A DNA stretch of 64,000 bases from Rhina ancylostomus (GCA_030265395.1 JARFYF010000001.1:105394701-105458700), one strand, 5' to 3'; numbered from the stretch's first letter, positions 26,557 to 40,398 are shown. Notes: generated by a model from the sequence alone, not told the origin. Program-made: numbers and translations.

Positions 26557-27604
26557 CTGCCAAATGAAAAGCAAACAAAAATTATTCATGGATTCATTGC
26601 ATGTTAAGAAGTATTTTACTTTAAAACATAAGAAACAAGAATAGGAGTAGCCAGACTAGCCCCTTGAGCCTCATGACTGATCCAATCTTACCTCAATGCC
26701 ACTCCTCATATCCTGTGTCTCTTATATAGTTCAAATGATTGAATATATTCAGTATTGGTATATTATAGTCACATGTACCGAGATACAGTGAAAAGCTTTT
26801 GCTTGTGTGCCATTCAGACAGATTATGCCATACATAATTACATCAAGATAGTAAAAAGAAAAACAGAATGCAGAAGAGTTGCGGATACAGAGAAAGTGCA
26901 GTGCAAATAGGCAAAGTGCAAGGGTCACAATAAGGTAGATTAGGAGATCAAGAGCTCATCTTTTAGCTTGCTCTTAAGCTATCTCTCGGGGCAGAGAATG
27001 GCAAAAACAGCTTCACATATACCCCCGCAGCCCTATGCATTAGAGAATTTCAAAAATTTATGGTCTCTTGAGAGAAAAAAATCTCTATTCCATTCTGATA
27101 CTGTTCCAGTTACATTCAACATAAGCACCAGGAGCAACACCTCATCTCTTGGCTCTCAACTGCCCCCAATAATAAGCTGAACAATTTCAGATAACCAGCC
27201 TCCTCAGTCTATGTCAGGACTGGCTAGTTCTAATGACAGCTATCAATCTTTTCCTCTCTCCACAGAGACTGCCTAATCTTCTGGATATTTCCAGCTTAAC
27301 CTTTAACTTCAGATTTCCAGCAACAGCGGTGTTTTGCGTCGCACAGTTCCAGTATCGTTTTTGTTTTGTTTCCTCAGTTCTCATTTATTTCCCTCTACCT
27401 GCAGCTCCTCCAGTTGGGCATGTTTGATTTCTAATTTTCCTAGTCCTCACAAAGTGTCATCAAACTGAAATCTAAATTGTTTCCCTCTCCATAGATACTG
27501 CTGCTGTGCTGAGTACTTACAGCATTCCTGTTCTTATTTCAGTTTCCAGCAACTACAGATTTTATCTTTGCGTATCTAGGCCAAGCACAGATTTGATTCA
27601 ACTG

Positions 27605-28320
27605 TACTTGATTGGTGAGAACTCATTTGGAGTATCATGGGCAGTTCTGGTTGCCCAACTTTAGGAAGGATGTCATTAAGCTGGAAAGAGTGCAGAAAAG
27701 ATTCACAAAGATGCTACTGGGACTAGAGGGCTTGAGTTACAAGGAGGAGGAGGATAGACTGGGGCTATTTTCCCTGGAGGGTAGGAGGCAGAAGGGAATC
27801 CTTAAAGATTGAGGGATATGGGCCAAATGTGGGCAAATGGGACTAGCTCACATAGGCAACTTGGTTGGCGTGGACAAGTTGGGCCAAAGGGCCTGTTTTT
27901 GTGCTGTATAACTATGTATGAAAGATGCATTTCACTGTGTGTTTTGATGTACATGTGGCTAATAAAGATATCTTAAAAGTATATAAAATCATGAGGGGCA
28001 TGGGTAATGTGGATGGTCCTGGTAGGGGAGTCTAAATCTGGAGATCATAGATTTAAGGTAAGTGGGTAAGATTTAAAGGGGACCCTAGGGACAACTTTTT
28101 CCACACAGAGGGTGGTGGGTATATGTGATGAGCTGCCAAAGGAAGCGGTAGAGGTGGGTAATTACATCATTTAAAAGACATTTAGACAAATACATGGATA
28201 GGAAAAGTTGAGGGATATGGGCCAACGGCAGGCAAATGGGACTAACTCACATAGGCAACTTGGTCAGCATGGACTAGTTGGGCCAAAGGGCCTGTTTTTG
28301 TGCTGTATAATTATGTATAA
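27605..28320 (+). mobile_element. CR1/HER1-type LINE with duplicated 3' tail
   Basis: LVRTHLEYHGQFWLPNFRKDVIKLERVQKRFTKML; tail at both 27811-27919 and 28210-28318. Confidence 0.9.
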
Positions 28321-29401
28321 AATTAAAAGATGCCAAGATAGCTTAAACAAGATTGACTCTTAGCATAGAGATCAATAATTAGGGGGAAATAGATTTGTTA
28401 ATTGATAAAAGGATCAGGGTGCATCGTGGATTTATTTTTCAATACATTCAGATTTTTCAGAGGCAGTAAGTCACAGGGACCTGAGATTTGCTACCTGAAG
28501 GTATAGTAGAGACAGAAACTCATTATATCTGTAAACGTACCCACGCAGTGATCTACAAGGCTACCAGTGGAAAGCCGAGAAGTGAGAGGCAAGGCCTGTA
28601 TGCACACCATGGGCCAAAAGGCTCCTTTTGTGTGTTGTAAATTTATTTGATTCTAAAATTCTTGTTAAATGCCACATATTCCCTTCATCTAGGCAATCAA
28701 CTGCTTCTTCAAGGAGGTACCTAAAGTTTGCCAAAGATGCCTTCTCTTTAACAAATACAGAAAACAATCAAAAACTTTTAGCAGTTCAGGCTACATCGAT
28801 GAAAAGATAAGCTGCAGTGTTGTCATATCCTTCCTGTATTGTGGTAACTAGAACCGTGCAGGATAACCTAGCTGTAACCTAATTAGTGACAAAATTAAGA
28901 TAAAATAGAAAGCACGGATGTTGCTTTAATGTCTTCCAGCATAATCGGTTTTCATTTCTGATTTCCAGCATCAATAATATTTTACTTTCGATTTAACAAA
29001 TCTATACTTCAAACTGGAAATCAACACTTAACAAGAACTCTGGACCATAGTGGAAAAACAATAGAGCAGCTTCAGAAAGTTAGATATTCTTATACAAATT
29101 TCTGTAATCTTTCTCATCCATGTTTACCCTGTGATCTTACAGATCATTTGAAACTGGTAAAGTCACCCTGCAGCACCAGATGAGTCAGAAATTAGCATGC
29201 TGGAAAGGCAAATTACCAGTCACCCTAAATCAACAAGAATCATTAGGAAGCACTGAAGACATCAAAAAAGCCTAAATTTAGGAAATGTGATTATGCACAA
29301 ATACATTAGTTCCAAGATGTTAACCTTCCCAAAAAACACCACTGGCATACAGCGTAGCATTAAGTTCCACTAAATGGGAGTACTGAAATCTCTATAATTA
29401 C

Positions 29402-29492
29402 CCATCAGCTCTTGTTTTGCTTTGATTTCATCTGATAACTTGCTGTGAATCTGATTTCTTTCTTCTTCAACTGACTTCAAGCTGGCATTTAG
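29402..29492 (-). CDS. MIA2: exon 17 (coiled coil 2)
   Basis: LNASLKSVEEERNQIHSKLSDEIKAKQELM; 91 nt. Confidence 0.95.
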
Positions 29493-29636
29493 CTAAAGAA
29501 AAATAAATGGCATTAAATTAAGATTTAAAAGCATAGCATTGGATTTTTATATTATAATTTAAAATCAAAAGTTCATTTCTAAATTTCAGATTATTGTTAC
29601 TCAAATGAAATGGACATGGTTATCTTGGGGAGTGTA

Positions 29637-29900
29637 AGATATCTTTGTTAGTCACATGTACATCGAAGCACACAATGCATTTTTTGCATAGAGAGTGTTC
29701 TGTAGGCAGCCCGCAAGTGTTGCCATGCTTCCAGCACCAACAAAGCATGTCCACAACTTCCTAACCCGTAGGTCTTTGGAACGTGGGAGGAAACCACACA
29801 GACATTGGGGAGAATGTACAAACCCCTTACAGACAGTGGCCGGAATTGAACCTGGATTGCTGACACTGTAATAGTGTTACGCTCACTGCTACACTACCGT
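29637..29900 (-). mobile_element. tRNA-derived V-SINE with a different (Rex-like) tail
   Basis: Same head and core as 60028-60262, but tail GATGTACATGTGACTAACAAAGATATC. Confidence 0.75.
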
Positions 29901-31009
29901 AACAGCTCCATCAAGGAGCTAGCACAGTACAAAGGGGTAAAGATGCCTTTCTTCTGTGCTGTATCATTCCACAATTCTATGAATAATAATGACATATTTG
30001 GTAGGTCAGCAAGCTGACCATAAAATATTAGTTCATTCTGTTCCTTTCAGACCCCTGAACACCATTCATTCAGATCATGGTTGATATGTACTTCAGCTCC
30101 ATTTGCCCTCCTTAGTTGCACATCCATGCATATGATACCCTTGTCTAACAAAAATCCATCAGTCTCAGTTTTGGAATTTTAAATAGGTCTAGTCTTAACA
30201 GCCTTTTGGAGAACAAACTGCAGGTTTCCATTACAGTCTGTGTGAAGAAGTGCTTTCCAATATCCTTAATAAATGCTCTAACTCTAAGATTGTCCTCTTG
30301 TTCTGGACTTCCCCAAATTAGGAGTTTCTTCTTAACAACCAAGTCAATCTTAAATGCCCCAATTAGATCAACCCTTTACCACCCCACATTCCAGCAAATA
30401 CAAGCTTGCTCCAGGCAACTTTCCCTTAAATAAGCTAAATAGAATAGAATCAGATCAGGCCTTGCATCTCAAAAACTAGGTGTACGTGGGCATGATCTGT
30501 GACTCTACGGCCCAATGTAAATACCACTATCATCAGTAGCAATCCAACCTGGCTTAAAAGAACATATTAAAGCAGCATCAAGACTAATCGAACAAGGTGT
30601 CAGCAGGGTGGAGCTACAACAGAAGTACATGCATATTAAACAGTAGTAAACTACATTTGGAGCTAAGAAATATTACAACTGATCAGATCAAAGCTCTGCA
30701 GTCCTGAACATCCAGCTACGAATGGTGGGGGTAATAGAGCAGGAACAGCTCCATCCTCAACAATAGTTAAGCCAGCAAGAGTATTGAAATGTTCATAAAA
30801 CCTTCACCCAAAAATGACAAGGAAATTAAAGAATTCTGTGCCTAGTAAAACGAGTCAAGATCTATCGGCCACAACGACACATTAGTTGTAGTGCTGAAGA
30901 TGTGCTTCAGACGAGCTGAAGTCAACCAGTTCCAGCATAGCATTTACCTGACAACTGAAGACTGACCAGCTACACTATCAACAAGCAGGGGAAATCCAAT
31001 CCGCCTATG

Positions 31010-31315
31010 ATCCGGGAGGAACTCAGCAGACCAGGTAGCAACCGTGGAGAAAAGCAGGTGGTCAACGTTTCAGGTCAGGACCCTTCTTCAGGACTGAGGA
31101 TAGGCAAAGTGGACACCCAATATATAGGAGGGAAAAGCAGAGCAGTGATAGGTGGACAAAAAGGGGAGGTGGGGTGGGCACAAGGTGGTGATAGGTAGAT
31201 GCAGGTAAGAGATAATGATAGGCAGGTGCAGGGGAGGAGGGGAGAGCAGATCCACCAGGGGATCGGTCAAAGGTGAGGAGGAAAAACGGTAGAAAAAAAA
31301 GATAGGCTAGGAAAG
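31010..31315 (-). mobile_element. Penelope-type 3' tail fragment
   Basis: GGAGGAACTCAGCAGA...ACCCTTCTTCAGGACT plus a purine-rich stretch. Similar short tails at about 2490, 5045, 9880, 17070, 25330, 27480, 31885, 38210, 46110, 46335 and 61650. Confidence 0.7.
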
Positions 31316-31399
31316 TAAAGACACTATGATGCTGTCCCTTTCCTAACCTCTCTCTCTTTTTCCTACCTTTTTTCCTCCTTACCTTTTCTCTTTGAAGTG

Positions 31400-31730
31400 A
31401 TGGAGGATGAGAGGCGACTTGATAGGCGACAAGATTATGAGAGGCATAGACAGAGTGGACAACCATCATCTTTTCCCCAGGGCGATCATGGCCAATACTT
31501 GAGGTCACTCGTTTAAGATGCGTGGAAGAAAGTTCAGGGGAGATGTCAGAGGTAGTTTTTTTTTTAAAAACACAGAGTGGTGGGTACCTTGGCCAATAAT
31601 GGATGAAAAAAAAATAGAGGGTTATGGGAGGTGAAGGAGAGAGGGGGATAGATTGAATGTGGATAAGGTTTATATAGGTTGGCACAACATTGTGCGCAGA
31701 AGGGTCTTACTGTGCTGTACTGTTCTATGC
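31400..31730 (+). mobile_element. CR1 3' fragment
   Basis: AAGATTATGAGAGGCATAGACAG...GAAGGGTCTTACTGTGCTGT. Confidence 0.75.
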
Positions 31731-33450
31731 TGAGATCAAGGAAGCCAACTCCAAGATATTGATACAGGAGTTCATTAGAACAGTGTCCTGCCCCTTGAAT
31801 TCCCATCCACAATAAATCCAAAAGTCAACATATTTAATAGTGTTCAGTTCCATTCACAACTCCTGAATTAGTGAAAACAAAAGAGACTGCAGATGCTGGA
31901 ATCTGGAGCAAAAAAGAAATCTGCTGGAGGAACTCAGCAGGTCAGGCAGCATCTGTAGAGAGAAATGAGCAGTTGACATTTCAGGTCACTACCCTTCATC
32001 TGGATTGTCCATTGCTTCCTCAAATAATGAACTAGACTGTGGCTACCTGCAACATGCTTTAATATGTGGTGAGAAACATTTATGCAGGTCAACAGGCAAC
32101 GACCTTTTCCATTAATAGATTAACCACCTCCAATTTACATTAATTATCGTTGTTGAATTCCCCACTGACAGCATCCACTGATCTCCATTGATCTGAATAA
32201 ACCATGGAAAAATACTGTGACCAGAAGAATAGGTTAAAGGCTGGCCGTTCTAAGAAAGGTGACACACTTCCTAACAACCAGAGCCTTCCTAACAGTTAAA
32301 AGGTATAAGTGTGATTGCATACATTGCACCACCCTGCACCAGTAGGACTTGCAAGAGCATTCCAAATCTTGACATCATTCAAGACAAAGCAGACTGCCTA
32401 ATCACTCTATCCACACCTCAATTATGTATTCCTTTCAAAGCCAGCACAACATAGCTAGCATGCGTCCCACCTGCCAGCAGTGGAGCAATTTTACTAATCC
32501 ACTGGTACCTCCTAACCCCACAAACTCTACAGTTTAAAAAGTCTAAAGGAGCAGGCACACAGAAACAACATGATATCCAAGTTACATGACACTGTCATGT
32601 AGAAATATGACCATTTCTTCATTGATGCTGATTAAAATGCTGGCAATCTTTATGTGGCTGCATTGTAAAGATACCTTTGCCATGCAGAATGTAGTCCAAG
32701 ACCAAGGGAAAATATCTGTGTAGTTACAAAATACAACACAAGCTTAGACAGGGATGGGCAATAGATGTCAACTTGTCTCCAAGACCAATATATCCTTTGA
32801 GATGAGGTGTCCCGAACCAAACATATTATAGCAGATGTAATCAAAAAAGATCTTGACAAGGGTAGAAAACAAATTCCTCTGCCCCCTTTGTATTCCATCC
32901 TCCTGTGGAAGAAGTTTCCTTTGTTAGCCTTCTGAAAGATTTTTGTACCTGTCCACTGGCTTTCAGGCATTTATGCAAGCAGATCACAAAATCTCTATTC
33001 CTATCAAGTCCTTGTTTTCAAAAGATTTAAAAACACTGAAGAAATTTCCCTGCATGGAACTCCATCTGCCATAATTTCACATCCCCTTTGGTTCAGCTTT
33101 ACTTCTGTCTGTGGAAAAACTTGGGGGAGGGGATTGTTACATTAAATAAAAGAGCCCTGTCATGCTAAGAAGATTTCCTCCTCCCTCCTCCCCCCCCCAC
33201 CAAGTTATTTTAAATAACAAAAGCAGCAATGTGGCAACACTCCATATATTTGCATATTTGGCACCGGTGAGGAACAAAATAATTGGAATAATGTTTCAAG
33301 TACTGCCAATCATAACAGGACAGACACTTCATGCAATACAAGTACCATTAAGCGGAACTGAAAAAATGTCCAGAATTTTCTTTTTAGAAACTAAGAAAGC
33401 AAATGCTATAGCAAGGACATAATGCTAGTAAACTTCACCGCGTGACATAC

Positions 33451-33506
33451 CTTAGCAACATAGATCAATTTTTCAATTTTTTGCTTCTGTCGTTCTTCTG
33501 ATATTT
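33451..33506 (-). CDS. MIA2: exon 16
   Basis: (EIS)EERQKQKIEKLIYVAK; two in-frame acceptors (33506, 33497); donor GTATGT. Confidence 0.88.
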
Positions 33507-35752
33507 CTGACACACATTAAAAAAAACATTTTAACAAGTTTCCTCAGACTCTAAAATTTAAGATATACAAGAGAAAAGGAGATCAACACCAACCTTCTTG
33601 AAAATAATGAGCAGTCACAATATATAAAGCATGGGTGGAAGAAATTAGTAAGGACTAACTTCACAAGAATTACCTTTTCCACGTCCTTCTAATTAGAACT
33701 CGGGACAATATTAAAAAAAAATTCTCTCATCTTAAGGAAAGAAGTTCCCCTCAGCATCTCTCGCATCCATTTCCAGATGTCCCAAAGCACTTTACAGTCA
33801 AATAAATACTTCTGAAGGACTTTACTAGGGTAATGAAATCTACACAGCACCCAAGCAGGAAGAAATCTGAGAGCATCATGAAATTATTAAGAGGAACCCC
33901 TTGTTTTCTGTAAATGTTTTTTATATTATAAGCCAATAGTTTTCCCTGATGTAATAACATTACTATGCAAGTATTAATCAATGATTTGAGGAATTATCCT
34001 TAATATAAATGTTTAGTATTTGAAAACAATGAACTCTAAAGTTATCAATGTCATGGCCCAAAGCAACATCTGCAAGTTAAATTAATCCTTTAAATTAAAT
34101 TAAATTTATAATTTGCATCCTTAAAGGGAATACTAGATTGGTACTTTCTTTGTATGGTTCTGCTAGTGCCTGTGGTTGAAGAACCCACTGTGGAATTTCT
34201 CCCCTCCTTCAGTCTTCTCCATTATAACTGTATTGGACATGATATCTCGGCATCCAAATCTGAATGACGTCAGCTCAGAGTAGTTTTCAGAGCTCATCTT
34301 GATTTCTGTTTACATACATTTATTTTTTGCCATTACACACTTTACCGACTTCATCTCAATCAAATCTAATGATCTTGGCACTTTAACCACATTATTTTTA
34401 GGGTCTTACTATTGAGACCATTATGCTGCTCATCTTCTATTTTAACTGTTCAATGTTCTGTATTTCTATATTGTATCTCTCAGTACGCATAAATACAAAT
34501 ATCATTATACGTGTTCCTTTAAAATTATTTATTCTTCCATTGAACCAAACAAATACTATTGACTGCATCATGAGGACTGGATTCACCAGTGTTTTCAACA
34601 TTTTATAATTCAAAATTTGAAAACTCCAGTTTGATGGGTGTTTTAGTACAATGGATTCCCCCCCCCCCACATTAAGATATACAATTAAGTAAATACAGAC
34701 ATTTTAAAAGCACTAGTTTACCTACTTGACACTTATCAGCATGTTGTCTCATCCAACTAAGCGGAAGGTAGAGAAACTAATTAAGTTGTAAGCATAACTC
34801 TAAAAATTGTGCAATGCATGACAATTCAGTTATTTTGAATATTTTAAAATATCCATTTTCTCAATAAAGAGCACACTATTACATGACACATGAAATGCTT
34901 GCACTGAGGTGACCATGTGGATAGACTTGGCACAGTATCCATGTTATCAAATGGACCAGAAAGTGCCTCAGAATTCTAAAAAGTGAAACACAGGGCCGAA
35001 AGGTTGGAGCTGATGATCTAGACTGACACTCCTTTACAAGATACATGATAAATTGGAGCTCCATTAATGGGTCAAGCAAGCAGGCATTAAAGACTGTAAA
35101 GTATTTTTCACGATGTGACCAATGTTTCTTTGATAACTGATAAAAACAAAATCGGAGGATTCCATGTAATACTTAAAGCTGGGCATCACTGCCATGTACT
35201 AATTGAATGCTATTTGCAGCAAATATTATGGATTGAATATTTAGTAATTTTTAGTTTTATAATGTATTATACAATATATAAATTTATATATTGTATATTA
35301 TAAAAGTTTAGTAATAATAATTGTCTAGTAATTTCAGTAAGTCCATCACGTTGTCAATTTAAAGGAAACATTATCGTCCAAACAGATGATTCCACAAGAT
35401 AGGTGCAGCTCCAGCATTTGTGCTTCTTTTTCCTGCCTTAATGGGTTGTTGGACATACTCTACAAACCTGATTCTATCTGATCAGTAAGGAGTTTTGATT
35501 TTTCACAGCCATTTGCTGCGATGCGTAGATCGAGAACTATGTCAAAGATCTGATGCACCTGCCATACAATATTTACAATCCCAAACATTCACCAAATCCA
35601 ACATCTGTTGGCAAATCGATTTAGCTATTCAGGTAGGATCTGAGTAAAAGTAGTTCAAAAGCAAATATTTTTTTTAAAATCATAAGGCACTGATTCACTG
35701 GCTTAATGCTTCTCATATTCAGTTCTAATGCATATTTTATCCAAGTTATTAC

Positions 35753-35819
35753 CTTCTGCAGGATTATCCTCTTCAGCTAGATTCCACAGTTTCATCTTTA
35801 GAAGGCAATCTGTCAGAGA
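35753..35819 (-). CDS. MIA2: exon 15 (short form)
   Basis: SLTDCLLKMKLWNLAEEDNPAE; donor AAG|GTAATA phase 1; 67 nt. Confidence 0.85.
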
Positions 35820-35904
35820 CTGAGAGAAAGGGGTTTTTAAAGTGAACATTTGAGAGCATGGATACATTTGCAGTATTATTTGATTTCACTGGAACAAATC
35901 TCAC

Positions 35905-36027
35905 CTTCACTTCATTCTCTTTACATGCAAGAACTTCCCTTATATCCTTCTGTGATTTTGTACCTAATTTAATATGTTCAGTAAGCTCATTGTAACGCTC
36001 GTTCCACCCTTCAGATTCTTGCAACAG
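35905..36027 (-). CDS. MIA2: exon 14
   Basis: LLQESEGWNERYNELTEHIK...KENEVK; 123 nt. Confidence 0.94.
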
Positions 36028-36840
36028 CTACAGACAGAAAAGTCACAATTAGACTAATGGATTGAACAAGTATTTTCTTTAAAAGAAAAGCATACTGGAA
36101 CACTAAGATTGCTTTCAAAACATCTTGTATCATTAAAATTATTAAAACAATTCTAAAGAGTAAAATGTCTTAAAAAAATACAACACAAGTTTTAGACAGA
36201 CAGCTTGATTCACTAATCGAGCACACTTCCTCAATAAATTCCATCATGTGAGAAGCCCTGCAACAACATGGGTAAACATTGACCATTCAAAATTGTGCCA
36301 AATAAGTGGAGGTTTAGGTGTCAAAATATTGCTGTTAACAAAAGCTGTGAAGCAAATAAAGTGATTTTCTTAATTCAAAGACAGGATGCAGTGGATTGCA
36401 AAAATCACAGGTTAGTGCCTGTGACCTACTCAAGATATAGGACTTGTGGCTTGAAAGCTGGACATCCCAGAGAGAGGGAGGGAAAAGGTATCAAACACAC
36501 TCTCAATGCCTTTAAGTCATTAACTGTTGTACAATTAGGTCAGGGTAAAGGCTGAATTGGTTGCTATTCTGCAGGTAGTGCCATTTATAGGTCAAGCTGG
36601 CTCAAAGAATATGGAAAATACTACAACGGGAAAACAGTGACAAAAGATTTCAATCAAGTCAAAATAAAGTAAATTTTAATTATCTTTAAACTCATCTCCA
36701 TTTCATAGTCATTACACTATCACTTGCAATCGCTCAATGCTACAAGCAGCAATCAGAGGAAAAGAGTTCAAATGGAAAGTAACTTTTGTTCAGTGCAGGA
36801 GTTGATATAAAAGGTTTGGTGAAAAATATATCAGTCATAC

Positions 36841-36945
36841 TTGGTCTTTGCTTTGTTTGAGATGATAATTCTCTTCTTTTGCAGCTTGAAAAGATTCCTG
36901 GTGTTTTTCATGATTAGTCTGAATTTCTTTTAATTCCTTTTTAGC
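36841..36945 (-). CDS. MIA2: exon 13
   Basis: AKKELKEIQTNHEKHQESFQAAKEENYHLKQSKDQ; 105 nt. Confidence 0.92.
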
Positions 36946-37021
36946 CTTAAAATACAAAGAGGAATATAAGTATTTCTTCTGCCATTCTGTAGTACTGTTT
37001 TATCACTTCTTGTATCCTCAC

Positions 37022-37093
37022 CTCTTCGACTTGGATCTTGAGATTTTGAGCTTCATTTTCCAGCACACTTAAATTTGCTTGAATTTCTGTTAT
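37022..37093 (-). CDS. MIA2: exon 12
   Basis: ITEIQANLSVLENEAQNLKIQVEE; 72 nt. Confidence 0.92.
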
Positions 37094-37220
37094 CTGGATG
37101 GAGGAAAAATACAACCAAGTCTGCACAGAGTCTATATTATTATTGTATTATACATAATCATTTTAGAATCTATAAAATTAACAAATAGTTGGTTAAAATA
37201 CCAGTCAAATTATTACATAC

Positions 37221-37331
37221 CAGATCACTTTGTTGAGATCTTGTTTGTTTTTCTCCCTCTAAATCCTGTGTGAACTGATCAATTGTTTGTCTAAGAGTGT
37301 CATTTGATTTATCCAATTTGGCATAAGTTTC
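37221..37331 (-). CDS. MIA2: exon 11
   Basis: ETYAKLDKSNDTLRQTIDQFTQDLEGEKQTRSQQSDL; 111 nt. Confidence 0.92.
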
Positions 37332-38791
37332 CTAAAAAAAAAATTTTATTATGAAATTAATTTCTAATACATCACCATTAAATACAAGCACATCAAAAAA
37401 TATTTAATCCTAAAGACAGTCTTTTGTCTCTATCTGAAAACAAAAATAAAGGTATTTCAATTGAAACTAGATCAAAAAGATCCTCAATCAATATTGAGCA
37501 ACCTTAAGTTATTCCATAAGATTCAGTGTTTCATTACTTCTTTAATATAGACAAGCAACATACTAACCTGATCAACTTCTAGTTTGTACAAGCAATAAGA
37601 TGACCATTTAAAATCACCAATGGGGAAAAGAGATCTTAAAAATTACAAGCTAAAATTCAAAACATGATATCTGTGCTTCTGTTCAAATTATATCTTTTTA
37701 AATCATAAACTCTTCATAATAAGCTCACTTTACACCCTTTCCTCTGAATAGGGATAAGAGATCAATTTAAGAAATAAAGAAGGGAACTCAGTTGATCAAC
37801 AGTTAAATAACATAATGCAAGTCACAAAGGAAACCTTAGTTTTAAAAATCTAAAGATGTTTCAAATTATAGAAGATATCATGGTGAATGGGAGATCAGAA
37901 ACTGTCTTGAGTAAATTCTTCCATGACGTAGAATGAAGACAGCAGTTAGATCAGTGATGAGAAAACTCTATTAACTTGGGTCGGTGGTTCTAAAAGGCAT
38001 TGCTTGTAAAGCCGAACTTAAATCAAAGTGCTCACACTACAGTACCTACCACAAATGGGTTAGAGGGACCATACTTGAATTGGTTATCAATATACAGTGA
38101 TAATTACATGTTTAAAATAACCACTCATCCATTTTGCAACTTATAGTACTAAGTTTCTTTAAATATAATTGATTTGCCTTTACTATTTGAAAACAAAAAA
38201 AAATACAGAAACTGGAAATCATAAATCAAAACAGAAAATGCTGGAATGAATCAGTCTTCAATCTGTATCACTTTCCAGATGCTGCCTGACCTGGTGAGTT
38301 TTACCAGCATTTTGTTTTTATCCTCATACTATTCATCTGGCCTAAACCCAAGGTATCAGTATAAAATTCACAAAAAGTTCTGTGCCTTGTTTGTCTTAAC
38401 CATGTTAGTTTTCTTCTTCCCTGACAGATAAACCCATCTTGATCAATCTACCAATACTACTCTAGTCCTTTTTGAAACCTGAACCCCAGTCTCACCCACT
38501 CCAATTCTCGACAGCCCAAGCAACACAATGAGCTTTAAAATATATATGTGCACTGCAGCTCTGTCAGAAACCTCTTCTAATCTGAAGACTTGCCAGTTTT
38601 ATAATCACATTCATCCTATATTCACAGAAAATGTAATCATTATAAAAATGATCCCTTTAAAAAAAAAATCCACTTCCATAAGTATTTGGGTTATAGCCCA
38701 AAACACTCCACTCCAATCTGTCATCCTTCAAGCACATCCTTCAAACAATCTTAGAATATATTTCCAGAAGCACATTTAACAGTATTTTTAC

Positions 38792-38869
38792 CTGAAGATG
38801 CAAAGTCTTTGTTTCTGTTGATTGTTTTAAACCAGCAGCATCCTTGACAGAGGCTTCAAATTCATTGTA
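38792..38869 (-). CDS. MIA2: exon 10
   Basis: YNEFEASVKDAAGLKQSTETKTLHLQ; 78 nt, AG/GT. Confidence 0.9.
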
Positions 38870-39511
38870 CTAAAACCAAAAGGGCAACTATTGTAAATTA
38901 GGGATAACTAAATGATTCAGATAAATTTTAAGTTTGATTTCCTTTTTTATTAGATCAAATGATGATAATCTAATTGAGTTGAAGTTGCAGCAACACTTCA
39001 GTTACATCTAACATTAGAAGGACACATCTCAATGTATTTTATTTTCCATTAGCACAGTTCTGTAATACTGCTTCTAAATAAAGATAACATTTTAAAATCT
39101 AGTTATACCATAATGGGACCTATCCTGCATTTTCAGTGTTGATCCAATTCTGCTATTGCTCTGAATGCACATTCAGTAAAGCACTATGATACTTCTTGTG
39201 TTACATTGTGCATGCAGTCTGCAATAAGAAGTAATAGATCAATCATACTGAGACAATCCATTGCTCAAAATCTGAATTAGGCTTGCACTCAAATTTTCTG
39301 GTTAGAAGATACTTGAGAACCAACCACAGTACAAAATTGCTTGGATTATTAAAACATCAATAGAACAGATTAACAGGTTGTGCTACAGCTCACAAGTGCT
39401 CAATGTTAAGAAGCTGTCACTGAAAACATCTATCCAGAGCACCATTTACTCCTGTCACAGGTATTGCACAGAATTTAAATGACCCACACAGTTATTTTAA
39501 TATATTCCTTG

Positions 39512-39945
39512 CAGAGTTATAGGGAGTGATTGGACATGCTCGGCGTGTTTTTCCTGGAGTGAAGGAGACTGAGGAGAGACCTGATAGATGTATGCAAGAT
39601 TATGAGAGGCATAGATAGGGTAGACAGTCAAAATTTTTTTCCCCGTGGTAGGGCTATCAAAAACAATAGGGCATAGTTTTAAGGTGAGAGGTAGGAGTTT
39701 TAAAGGAAACCCCAAGGTACAGTTTTGTTTTTATTTTTATAGAGAGAATAGCTGATATCTGGAACATGCTGCCAGAGGAGTTGGTGCAGTCAGATACAAT
39801 TACTACATTCATGGGGCATTTAGACAGACACTTAAATAGGCAAGGATACAATCTCAAAGTGGGCAAATGGGATTAGTGTAGATGGGCAAAAAAGTGGGCG
39901 TGGACACTGTGGGCAAAAGGGCCCGTGTCTGTGCTGTACAACTCT
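39512..39945 (+). mobile_element. CR1 3' fragment
   Basis: GGAGACTGAGGAGAGACCTGATAGATGT...AAAGGGCCCGTGTCTGTGCTGTA. Confidence 0.85.
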
Positions 39946-40398
39946 CTAGTTCTACCTCTGGAGTTGGTGTTTTCAATATCAAACTTTCTTTCAAAAAAAA
40001 AATTGAGAGTTAAAATAGCTTTCCCGGCTGCTTGCTTGATTAGTTCTTGACTGATTTAATATTAATTATCTTCTGTGTGCAAATAACTATGTGAATGAAT
40101 TTGTTTGACTCTGTCACTGTTTGGTGTGATTGTAATAATTCAATTTCCAAAGAGGCACAGTGAAAAAGAAGTATTTTACAAGTAACATGGGATTTCCCTA
40201 CTTAAGTTTCACATGGAAATAGAATATGCACCTTGTACTGAGAATAAGTATAAGCAACAAACTCAAATAAAAAGTGCTACCTGTGTTAATTTAATTTCTA
40301 ATCATGTCATCAAAAGTACACTGAAGCTGTTGTACAAATCCATAATTGTAACAAATAACAAAAAGAAAACACAAAATAGGATCAAAAGTTGCACATAC

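Larger units (their letters stand above)
30520..32645 (+). mobile_element. Ancient non-LTR retrotransposon remnant with younger insertions
   Basis: Degenerate block AGATCAAAGCTCTGCAGTCCTG...GAATGGTGG and further pieces after 31830; highly eroded, family uncertain. Confidence 0.5.

Noticed and set aside
31062-31685. 207-aa minus-strand ORF
   Set aside because: Chance read-through of CR1 and Penelope fragments.
37568-37690. Donor-like CAG|GTTAGT as a possible extra MIA2 exon
   Set aside because: No coding-like upstream sequence; the true exon 11 is at 37221-37331.
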